Shown in pieces: positions 27,301-39,300 of a stretch of 64,000 bases of DNA (its first letter is position 1; each line of letters starts with the position of its first letter). This DNA comes from Nemertoderma westbladi (Eukaryota; Animalia; Xenacoelomorpha): positions 124,001-188,000 of the forward strand of contig JAUCBJ010007300.1 of the NCBI GenBank assembly GCA_032718475.1. Reading direction: 5' to 3'. The notes beneath the pieces are model-generated. The model searched no databases, was not told where the DNA came from, and worked only from the letters and a program-made list of their open reading frames with translations. The translations under genes were made by a program, and so were the position numbers.

Positions 27301-30300
27301 GCAGCCAATCACTGGGCTCTCAATTCCAGATCAATGGCTGTTCTACAAGTACAGACATCTTAATTTTTAAATTTAAATTTTTACATTTAAATTTGTGAGA
27401 TAGGAGTAAGGTAGGTACACTGAAAGAACGAGACCCGGGTTCTTATTAAAACCGATGGTTTAAATTTTATTAACCGTAGTTTATTCGCCAAAAACGGCGA
27501 TTGCAAAAATCAACAAAATTAAAACCACGGTTTATTTTGACAGGTTTGGAGTAATTGATAAAACCCACGGTTGCCATGGCTCTGTGACCAGTGGTTCTGA
27601 AATGACCGTTGGTTGTGCCATTTCGAGAAACGTGGTTTCATATCTCGTTAAACCATATTTATTTTATATTATAAAAACTATGGTCATTTAAATATTAAAC
27701 TTGTATTATTTTTATATAAATAAAACAATGAAGGTTAATTTTCTTTTTTTAAGGGGGATATTTTAAGTGCAGCGAATGTAAAACCTACAGCAGGTTGGCA
27801 ACCGACAATGGCAGAATGGCTTTGGACATTGCAGCATATAATTTTTGTCCGATAAATTATAAAATATATCAAGAAATTTCGACACATGAAAAAGGCAATT
27901 TTCTGATAATTTTTTGAAAAAACTTGAAAAGTTCATCATTAATATCATATCGCTCAAATATGCAAAATAGTTGAAAAAGATATCTAAAAATTATTTTTTT
28001 TATTTAACTGAAAAGAATGCAATGTCTCTAAGTTGCACATTGCTGTTGATATTGAATTTGTCACAATTTTGTTAAAAGATTGAATTTACAACCACTCACA
28101 AGAAATTCAAACTTCCCTCCACTTTGTTTCTAAACTGGCATTTCCATTCTCCCGCGTTTTTTTTGAATTGCTGTATTTCATTATTGTTCCATATTCTGTC
28201 TGGCTGAGCAGGTTGTGTTTTGTTTGAATTGTCCTTACTGCTGTACTGCTTCACCGGTACCGGTACCTAAGAAATAGTACTGTAGTAACTTAACTGCTAA
28301 GTGCAGTACTGCAGTACCGGTACTGGCAGACTGGTACTGTGGTAGTGGTAGGCCATTCTGCCATACTTTACTGAATTACCGTATTGGAGCAGTGCACTTA
28401 GCTGCTTAGGTACGGTAGGGCTAGGCTACTACACCACTAACAGTTTCAACTACCGGCCAGCCGGCAGACAGGCAGGTTATTACTACTGGTTATACTATTG
28501 GTTACAGCTGTATACTATATAGGCCTAATTGTCCAGATTGTTATAGAAGTGTCCTACTGTCATTCAGACATTGCAGCATTGTAGGCCTACATTCAGACAT
28601 TGGCTAGACACTTACACAGCTAGACCTATCTGCCTATATTGTGTTAAGTTATTTCCGGTGTTAATTTATTTTGGCTATATCAGTATATTGCATATGTGTG
28701 GTGCTGTATTGCAGTACTGTGTTAAATAATTCCTGGTACCGGTATTAATTTATTTTGTACTTGGTGTTGGCGCGTTGGAGAATTCTCGTTGGGTACCTGT
28801 ATCCTAGCAGAGTGCTGTAGAGAGTGGTGTTACCCGTGTTTTAGCGGTTTTTACCCCTAGTTAAGCTTTCTTGATTCATTGTGTTAACAAATTAAAAGTC
28901 TGGCAGTGCAGACAGTGTTGTGAGTTTTCATGTGTTCTGAGTTCCGACAATTCCATTACAGCATTCTGTCTGACTAGTTTTGACTGACCTGACAGTGGAC
29001 AGATTGATACGATCTGACTGTCTCTGTCTGATGACTGATGGTACTGGGTTGTGACCTACCTACTGTCACTGACTCGTCAGATCATAGACAATTTTTGATT
29101 GAATCATTCAAAATGGCCTTTTCCAGTAGGTATACGGTTACGGTTAGTATGCCTACCAGCAGTACCGGTACTACCAGTGCCGGTATAACTTCTTGTTCTG
29201 GTAATGGTACCGGTACTTTCAATGAACATTGCTCATCGGGGACTCATACCCGTAGGTCTAGTAGTCAACACGATTTGGCAATGAAAGATTATATTTGGTA
29301 TCAGAAAGACTCAAACTCATTCAGTGTTACTTGTATTGCTAAAAACGCTAAGTTTGTTGATGATGGTCATAAGTGTCTTCAGAATTTTAATTCTTACAAT
29401 TCATTACGAAGTCATATGTCGAAGGTTCATTATATTAGCGCTAAAGAAATGCACAAATTTTTAACTTCTCCATTTATATCTGTGTCAGAGTCAGACGAAT
29501 CTCCCCAAATATCCATCAGTGATGTTGGCACACAAAATGTAGCAAGTGATATCGACCTACCGGTACAAGTGGAATCAGATGTTGATAGCTTTAACAATTT
29601 ACCTGTTTGTATCCAGCTTCCTATAGTAGACTTTAGCAGTAGTATTGACAATTGCGTCAGTCCTGGTGGTTCAGAAACAGGTACCAGTATATTACATGGT
29701 CAGTTTGCTATGGCAGATGCACATTTTTTGCTTAAGGCAAAAAACAAAAATGATATAACAGAATCGGCGCTGTCTAGTATCGTTAATGACGTAAAAGATT
29801 TACTAGCACAACGTGGCTATGAGCATGCAGATTCACTTTTTCTCAATCAGTCATCAACATCTCAGCGGCATAAGTTTTTTGTACAGCATTGCGGTTTGGT
29901 TGACCCTGTGTCACTAAGCTTTCCAAATTTATCACGATTCTCCTATGTGCCATTGTTAATACAACTCACTGAATTATTAAAAAATTTAGAGGTTACAAAC
30001 GAACTTCAAATTCATAAGAATTACACAGCAAAGCCTAACACTGATCTGATTCAATATATATCTGATGGTGAATTTTGTAAAAATCACCCAGTTTTTCAAT
30101 TATCACTAACTCAGAATGACAGTTATTTTATTGAGTTCCAGCTTTACTACGATGACATTGAAATTGCTAACCCCATTGGTGCCTATGCAAAGGTTCACAA
30201 AGTTGGTGCATTTTATTGGACCATTTCAAATATTAGGCCGAAATATAGAGCAAAACTTCAGTGTATTTTCATAACGGCGCTTTGCTACACCTCAGATATT

Positions 30301-33300
30301 CGCAATTATATTTTTGAGATTTTATCCGATTTCAAACATGCGATGCAAGTTTTATCTCAGGGAATATTTATTGATTCTAAAATGTACTATGGGGCGTTAA
30401 TGTGTTTAATAGGAGATAATCCTGCTGCTGCTCTAATAAGCGGCTTCAAAGAAAGCGCTTCAGCAGTTTGCTTTTGTAGAAGCTGTATGGTAAAAAAAGG
30501 CGAAATTGAAGATCATTTTGAGGCTGATTCTCTAAATATCAGAACAGAAGCCGATTATACTGAGCAACTTATGGCAGTCACAGATCCCAAGTTACCAATT
30601 GCTAAGCAAAAAGAAAATTCCATAAAATACGGTATAAATTTCCCAAGTATATTATCGGATATCCCATACTTTAATATTACAAGTTGTGTCATTCATGACT
30701 TTCATCATGATATGTTGGAAGGTGTTGTAAGTGCTGAAATTAAGTTGCTTTTACGCTATGCTGTTTGCGAACGGAAATTTCTAGGAATTGACGATCTGAA
30801 CAGACGGATATTTTCATACAATTTTTCTGAAAACGAAAAAAAAGACATTCCTTGTTGAATAGAACTGTCAAAGTTGCAATCGGCTGAGACATATTCCCTG
30901 AGACAAACTGCTATACAAATGCTAATTTTGATGAGAATTCTCCCTGTTTTGCTAGGCGAATTTTTTAGTGATCTGAACAACCATTGGAATTGCTTCATTA
31001 AACTATACGAGATTGTTGAGCTATGTTTACAATATTCAATAAGTACAAATGAACTTGTATATTTAGAATATTTAATCGAAACTCATTGCACACTTTTTTT
31101 CTTAACCTATGGACTGACTTTCCCAAAGCTGCATTATATGATGCACATTGTTAGAGATATTAAGAATTTTGGACCACCAAGATGTCACTGGGCAATGCGA
31201 TTTGAAGGTCACCATAACATTCTAAAAAAGTGGGTGGTTATTCAAAAAAATTTCAAAAATATACCATTATATTTAACCAAGCGCCATCAAGAAGGTGTTG
31301 CTCATTCACTCACTGTCAACAGAACTGGCTTTTTATATGAACGAATTATTGGTGTACATCATGTACCAAAGTTATCCTTTGCCGGAGATTGTAGATTCGA
31401 ACGCTATTTAAAAATAACACATTATGGTAATAGTTTAATTGCAAACCGCAGCGTTATCCCAGTGCCAGTTTCGTTTGATAACGAGACTGAACTTCCGAAA
31501 TTTATGATTGTGAGTGATATTTATTTGTTTGAATCTGGCAGGGATTGTCTTATCATTTGCAATGAGCTCATTACTAGTAGCTATCTGCCTCATATTGGCT
31601 GTTATACTTTAATAGAGCCGAATATTAAAAAGTCAGTTTCTGTATGGTATTCATCTCTGAGTGAACCTGGTGAACTTCGTATACTCCGCTATCAAACCTC
31701 ATATGTAGTCCGTTATCGATTTCGGAGCTTTTCTTAAATTTGTGTTGTAAGTTGAGTGTGGGAGAGGGCAAGAGTGTGTGGTGTGTTTATATTATAATTT
31801 TGTGTTCTGTGTTTATAATTTTGTGTTGTGTGTTTATAATTGTGTGTTGTGTGTTTATAAGTGTGTGTTTGTGTGCATTGTGTTGTGTATATGGTATATT
31901 GTATTTTGTTTATAATTACAAATTTATCATTGTGTTTTCCAACACTAACTGAAATCCATTACATTGAAACGATGCCTATATGCGCTGTCAATGGTTGCAC
32001 AGAGGAGATTGAAGAGGACTTTATTGCATGTCCTGTATGTAGGGCAAGTAAAGACCGTACAAGTGTGGAGGAGCTATGTTGCGGTAAAGTGGTTAATCCA
32101 AAGTGGATACAATGTCCAAGGTGTTTAAAGGCGTTAAACGTTGCAGCTGGGCCTGTAGAACCTCCCAGTTCAAATCGATTTCAAATCGAGTCTGCTACTT
32201 CGATTGAAAAATTCAGAACGAATTTGAAGATTGCAATGATAAATGGGAAGGAGTGTTATATATCGCCAGATTCCCCCGTTGCTGGTATTATTACTGTGCC
32301 AGTTATTAAAATTGACATGAATACCAAAATTATACCTCATACAAGCATTTATCAGAAGTGTCTATTGACCTTTGTCAATGATTTTGAACGTCGAAATGTT
32401 ACGAATTTGAGTTCAATCGCAGCTTCTATTTGTGAAACATATCCTGAGTTTAAGCGGAAGCATAAATCCAATAAATCATCGATGTATTTGGCTCTCCAGC
32501 ACGACTACGTGAACTCCCGCCACAATTACCGCAACAGAATGAAGGCGAAGGACAAGAATCCAAAAATAATTGTGGAAGGCCAGTCTGGGGGGGTGGGACA
32601 GGTTGCTGGGGACAAATCTGCGGAACAGGTCGCTGGGGACAAATCTGTGGAACAGGTCGCTGGGGTCAAATCTGCGGAACAGGTCGCTGGGGACAAATCT
32701 GCGGAACAGGTCGCTGGGGACAAATCTGCGGAACAGGTTGCTGGGGACAAATCTGCGGAAGTTAATGTCGCTGGAACTAACAGCATACCATTGCTTGAAA
32801 ATGCTGCTGTTGTTCAAGTGCAAATGGGAAGGAAAACCATAAACACCAAACCGCTACGTAATCAACCACAACGAAAAAGAAAGAAAGCAATAGTAATATC
32901 GTCATCAAGTGAAGATGATGTTAGTGAAATGTTGTTGTTCGATAGTTCTGAAGACGATGTTGAAGAGGAGCCGGAAATACAAATGGAGGTTCAGGGAGTG
33001 AAGTCGTTGGTGTTTGCGCGCCAAATGAAATCTAAAGTTTTCTGGCCAGGGAGACTGGATGATGCTCCGGATGGCTGTAAGATGCCGAAGCCGAAAGATC
33101 CATCGGATACATTTAAATGGGTCTATTTTTATGGTAGTAATAACTACTCCTGGGTTAAGAACACTCCGGAGTATATTGTTCCTTATGTGGAAAACCGCGA
33201 TCTGTTATCAGAGCCGAAACCAAGCAGTACGAACGCGTTCTTGCGCGGAACTGAGCAAATTAACGAATTATACAATTTATTCATGGAAGATAATGATGAG

Positions 33301-36300
33301 TGAACGTTGAACAATATTAAAAGTGGGGTGAATAAATATCGTAGCTTAAGTGTCATAAGGCCCTATGTCAAAAATTGCTTCACTGTTCAGGAGGCCTAAA
33401 ATATAGAGATATAGGGCTTTTCTGCAGTAAAATATTGCTGTATTGTCCGATGTGATTCTTGGATTTATCTTTATTACGTCATAATCTTCACTTCCCATTG
33501 GTTAACACTTTACAAAGGGCCTTTCTGCAGTTAAATATTGTACGCTGGGATATAGGGCTTCACTTTACCATGTAATATTCAATTAAACTGTTCAAAACTC
33601 CACCAGATGGTAGAGCATGTCTTAAAGTGTGGAATTGTATAAAAAAAAGTAAAATTCGACAAAAATCGACTTAAGGCACTTAGCTACGATATATTGTAAT
33701 AGCAATAACTTTCTTAATGGTAACCGTCAACTTTCTCTTTCTAAACTGCTCTCTAGATTTCGTCACCATTTAATATTTGTTTACTTTAGTTTATGTACAT
33801 TTTTGATTAAGACTGGATTGTTCCTACTATTACCAGTACCGTGAAATATAACTCTGTTGTAAGTTAGTTTATGTACATTTATATTCATGTGGATTAAGAC
33901 TGGATTGTTCCTACTATTACCAGTACCGTGAAATATAACTCTGTTGTAAGTTAGTTTATGTACATTTATATTCATGTGGATTAAGACTGGATTAATACCA
34001 ATAAGTTGAATATAGGAATATATCATAGGCCTAATAATTTTTTGTTAAACAATATTGTCCGCATTCGCCACCATTAAATTTAAAAAATCTAAGGTTTTCA
34101 TGGAAATTGACCTGCGGTTTATTTAAGTGACAACCCGGGTTTCACATCCAAAGAACATAGGTTTTTATGCAAATAAACCTACGGTTAATTTAAGTGACAA
34201 CCTGGGTTTCACATCCAAAGAACATAGGTTTTTATGCAAATAAACCTACGGTTAATTTAAGTGACAACCCGGGTTTCACATCCAATTACCCTGAAAAGAA
34301 CGTAGTTTTTTTATATAAATAAAGCGATGGTTTATATACCAAACAACCCAAGGTTTCATGATCATGCATAACCCACGGTTTAATTATGGACAAAATAAAC
34401 GCTGGTTTCTCAAAATAACCGTAGTTTAAATTTACCCCGAATTGAACCACGGTTATTTTTGAGAACCAGCGTTTTTTTAAGGAATAACCCCCGTTTCGTT
34501 TTTTCAGTGTAGGTAACTTATTAAACCTTGATTTAAACGTTTAAACTTTGACTTCGGTTATCGTAATCGTAAAGATCAATCTTGATATTTTGACTTGGAC
34601 TTATGCTATAGTGAATTAGCATCGATGTTACATACCAATCATAACATTATCATTAGTATGCTACAAAGACAAATAAAACTAATTTTACATAAGAAGGAAT
34701 AATTACTCAACATCAAATGAAGTAATTAATTTTATTTCAAATGAAATAGCTGGATCGGAACGTCTCCATGGTTACCGTATGATGCATACTACATATAGAA
34801 TGTGATTCATGTGCCAGGGAACAACTGAAGCAAGACGCAACACGATATTTGAGCAATACAAATATTTTATATCTCCATTTGTGCAGTTTATTCGTAATAT
34901 ATTGTTTGGGATGTGAATGTCCTTTATAAGGAACAACTTGTTCATCCATACACAATTTTCCACAATTCACAAATTTTATATTTCAGCCAACGCAACGAAT
35001 CGAATCTTGGTTGGGGTCACTTAGAAGGCAGTGCACATTGGACGGATTTCTTTAATTCCTCCAAGATTCTGGACAATTTAATAGCAGTGACCTATGAGTA
35101 TGTGAATAGAATGAACACAGAATTAGGCCATCTCGGAATTTGACTGTACCTTCCAGTAAACCAAATACGATGTTTCGATTCCCAAAACTTTGGGGTAAAA
35201 CAAATAAAAAAAATTTTTTCCAGTTATCGTAGATGACATTGACATTTGCCAAGAAGAAGCATTATTCTGGACCGCTACTGGACATTGTGATAGAAATATA
35301 TACAAGTTATTCATAGAATTTATGCAGTGTAATATAAAGCCTTAAATTTAATATCTATTTTTGAAACAATTGCAGTGAGTTTAAACAGCACAAAATAACT
35401 TTGATACTGGACTACAATGTAAATAGACTAAAGCAGACATAAATTGTTTAAACCCTATACTACCACTATCAAATAAATCATTTCTATAATTATTTACAAT
35501 ATTCTTCATAGCAGTATCATTCATAAAATCATCCCAAAATGACATAAAACACCATAAAGAGATTAACCATTATCACAATATTGAAGGGTATCGGTATTAT
35601 TGTGATCAAATTCAAGAACATTAGGTTCCATGACAATATAAACTCATTTTCTTGCTCGAGTTCAATAAGAATAGGTACCATGACACTTAACTTATTACCT
35701 TGGGGTTCAGTATCATCCATTTCCATACAAATAAAGTCATTGTCAGTCAGCTGTCTTGCTTTATTAACACCCGTATCAGTATCGTCTGATACAATTTCTC
35801 TTTTTTCGTTTGGTACTCTGTATTAATGTACAAAGAAAGGAAGAAAGTTTTTTTTTGTCTTAAGTTCTTTTATATTTCTATACAGATTGATTACTAAAAT
35901 AAACAATAAACATATAGAACACTACTGTAATAATGCAGTATTAGTTACTAAGGCTATTATCACAGTAGGATTTTTTAAAACATATAGAACACCACTGTAA
36001 TAATGCAGTATTAGTTACCAAGGTTATTATCACAGTAGGATTTTTTATATTTATTACAGTTACTATAAATTTTATTTGTTCAGTATAGATGGCAGCTATA
36101 TCGGGGAAGCCCATTTACATTAGTTGCCTCACAAATATCCAGAAATAGTTAATGAGTAGGTATCCAAAAGTGAGCTGCTGGAAGTCACGTACCTCAAAAT
36201 CTAAAAATATTTTCATTTCAGAGACTTTTGAAGAAACCCTATTAGGAAAACAGCTGTTTTTCCTTGGGGGGAGAACATCATCTATATGACGAATTCCATC

Positions 36301-39300
36301 TCCTGAAGACTGAAAACTTGTCTGTAAGACTTTGTAAGGTCCTCGAAAAACAATCAGCTTTATGTCAATGCGATGATTAACTTTTATTTTCAAACTTTTC
36401 TTTACCAGATTCAGTGGAAGGCTTAATACCGGTATTATTTCTATTATTTCCACGAGCTCCCAGCTTCAGTTTAATTCTATCTTTTTGAGATTTACGCGAT
36501 TCTTCTCTAATCTCGTTTGTATTACTGGTCTCACCGAGATTTCTCATCTTTAATTTAGAAAAGGCTACTGCGGCCACACGATCTCCAAATTTTGGAATAT
36601 ATGTAGATAACACACTGTCATCCATTAGTATCTCGATCGCTTCATCGATATCCTCTTCAAGTAGTTTTTCAGTTAACATTAAATCCATACCTCGAACTTC
36701 ATGAAGAAATTTAACCAAATCATAACAATACTGACAGGGTGCTAATTAACATATAATCCATATGATATAAAGTACCAGGTACCTAGGTATATACCTAGGT
36801 ATCGGTACCTGTAATGATGGTATATACAGTATACCAGGTCTCTATTACTATGGTAGACCTGCCACTGCTGCCAGTGCATTGGACTGTTGGAAGGCCTACT
36901 CATGTACATGCACCATACCAGAATTCAATATCGGGGCGTACTCAGTATCATTACCTACCTATTGCCTATTGGAATCCATACAGTTGGGCTAGTTGGCACG
37001 GAATCAATCTGGTACTGGTATATTCCGGTACATATCAGTGACTCAGCTAGTGAAAGTGACTACTGGCCATTGGCAAGTCAGCCTGTACACCACCCCAGTC
37101 CCACTTAATACTTAATTTGAATTTCTTTCCCTGAGATAGTATCTCCGGGCTGGACTTTGAATAAAAAAGGGAAACCCATGTCCCTTTAGGGGCTCCGTAC
37201 AGAAGGCATTAAAGTCTTTATTTCACATTTACTTACTTTATCCTATTATTTAGGCTGCTGGAGAACCCAATACCAGATTGCCTATGGATAATATTGATAT
37301 TGATTTGAGTCGGCAGAAGGCTGGAAAAGTTGGTGCTTCACAGAGAGTCATGCATCCTAACAGTATGAGTGGAGAAGCAAAAATTAACCTTCCAAGTTTC
37401 GATGACTTAGGTGAGTTAGGTGGCTTAACACAGCACCCCTAAGAGGTATATATACAATGTACTGAGTGTACCTCGCAATATTAAGTTATTCATAATGAGT
37501 GTTAAAAAGTTTGAGTTAAATATTTATTATTTTAACAATTCTGAGATCCATGTGTGATTCGATGCAAAATTGTAATATCAATTCACATAGGTTTGACCGA
37601 ACATTTTAGATTTTATTCTACCTGATTTTAAATGGATTCCATTTTATGGCCTTGTTCAGTATTGTGTACATGCTACATGACTTCAACCAACCACTATTAG
37701 TCTGTAATGGCCTCTTCGCACCCAGGATGAGATTGTCCAGTTCCACATAATATAAATTATGATCCCCAACCTGCCAACCTATTTTCAATGGATCCTATTA
37801 TTACTATTTTTTAGTAAAGGTAAGAAATATAACTTATTCATCATTTATCGGCCTCCATAATGGTTCATAGTAATAATATAAGAAAAAAAGTTCAGTATGC
37901 AGAAAAGGAAATGCTCTTACAGAAAAGTGATTACTATTTTTTATTGCTTTCAGGAATTGAGATGTCTCCTAAATCTTCAATCGATATACAAGTTTATGTT
38001 CTTCCCAAAAATCCATTTTTCCATATGAATGGCAGCAGCAAACTGTTTAATCAAACCACAGCCTCTATATCTGTTAACTTTGTTGGCCCCGAAGGTAAGA
38101 AGTAATTTTACTCAATAAAGTTTTACGATTTAAAATAGCACTTTAAATCTCAATGGGAGGAAATACAGTAGTATCACAGAAATACATATTATTACATTAT
38201 TTTACTTTTTTATTTTTATTATATTACATTATTACAAATTACTAGAAAGCCAGGAAGCTGGCTTTAAACGAACCTGCCCCTCTAACCAGTACCCTGAGGG
38301 AGCGAAAATGAAAATACGAAAATTGCCATCAACTCAACGATAGAAACACCAGCTGCTGGTACTCATGAGGGCCTAGTAAGCTACTACTATTGATTGAATG
38401 GATAGGCCCAAACTGCAGAGAAGTTTTTAATTACTTGCCAAGTGTATTACTCTCTCACTCTATCCCAGACAAGTAATCAAATATCAACTGTTGTTTGTAA
38501 TGCATTATCCTGCCAGCTGAATAGCTCTTCCGAGTGAATCCTATGGGAATATCTATAAGGTTACTCACTGCTATGTTAGGTGGGAGGCCAGCTGATTGAA
38601 TTGTAAGTACTGGGTAGTACACTTGTTTTATAGGTTGTTGATAATGAATGAGGAGGGACCAAACTACACTACGTTTGTCTATGGACGGTCTCTCCTTATA
38701 GCCAGCTTGCTGGCTTTTCTAGTTGAATCATATTATTCTTCAACCAATAATTTACTCTTTTAGATGAATTTGTGCGTTTTTTTTGCCGGACTAACAAATT
38801 TTGGCGATGTTCTGTGCGAGATTGGCGATATTATGAGGCTCAAATATGTTGCTCAAATGACTGAATAGCTCAAATAAAAAAGTTGGTGCATACTCGATGA
38901 GTTGAAATCGGTGAAATTCAACTTTAAATTTTCAAAACCGCTATTTTCAGTGACCCCGTGATCGAAATGCCACAAAAATATACAGTCTTGTGTGCAACTA
39001 AAATTCATGTAGAGTTTTATATTAAGATTTTTGCGTACCTGCTTGAGTTTTTGATATATTGGATGGTTATACACACATACACACATAACCACATCGTGTT
39101 TTTGAACGGCTCAACTCTTGACAAGAACCACCCTGGCCTATTAATAGGTAGGTTCGTTATTATAAATTACAGAATAGAATGTAGTGTTAAACTGCCTGGT
39201 ATAGTTGATATCACATAGTGAGTGGGGTAAAAAAATGGTTGCTAAATGATGTGTATTAAAAAAAACTAACTCTCTTGAATGTATTTTCACTTTTTATATT

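Larger units (their letters stand above)
27418..34509 (+). mobile_element. CACTA/EnSpm-type DNA transposon, 7.1 kb, two ORFs
   Basis: TIR CACTGAAA(G/A)AACGA..., TA on both flanks, AACCACGGTT-like subterminal repeats at both ends, transposase plus accessory ORF. Confidence 0.9.
27157..37199 (+). mobile_element. IS3EU-type DNA transposon (decayed), host of the nested CACTA element
   Basis: Imperfect ~65-bp TIRs with TAC...GTA termini, 6-bp TSD CAGAAG (27151-27156, 37200-37205), two convergent gene remnants. Confidence 0.82.

Noticed and set aside
31740-31971. Hydrophobic/Cys-rich ORF and N-terminal extension of ORF2
   Set aside because: Translation of a GT-rich low-complexity spacer; ATG 31972 is the plausible start.
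32476-32842. Alternative-frame and antisense ORFs over the 27-bp repeat
   Set aside because: By-products of a stop-free repeat inside ORF2.
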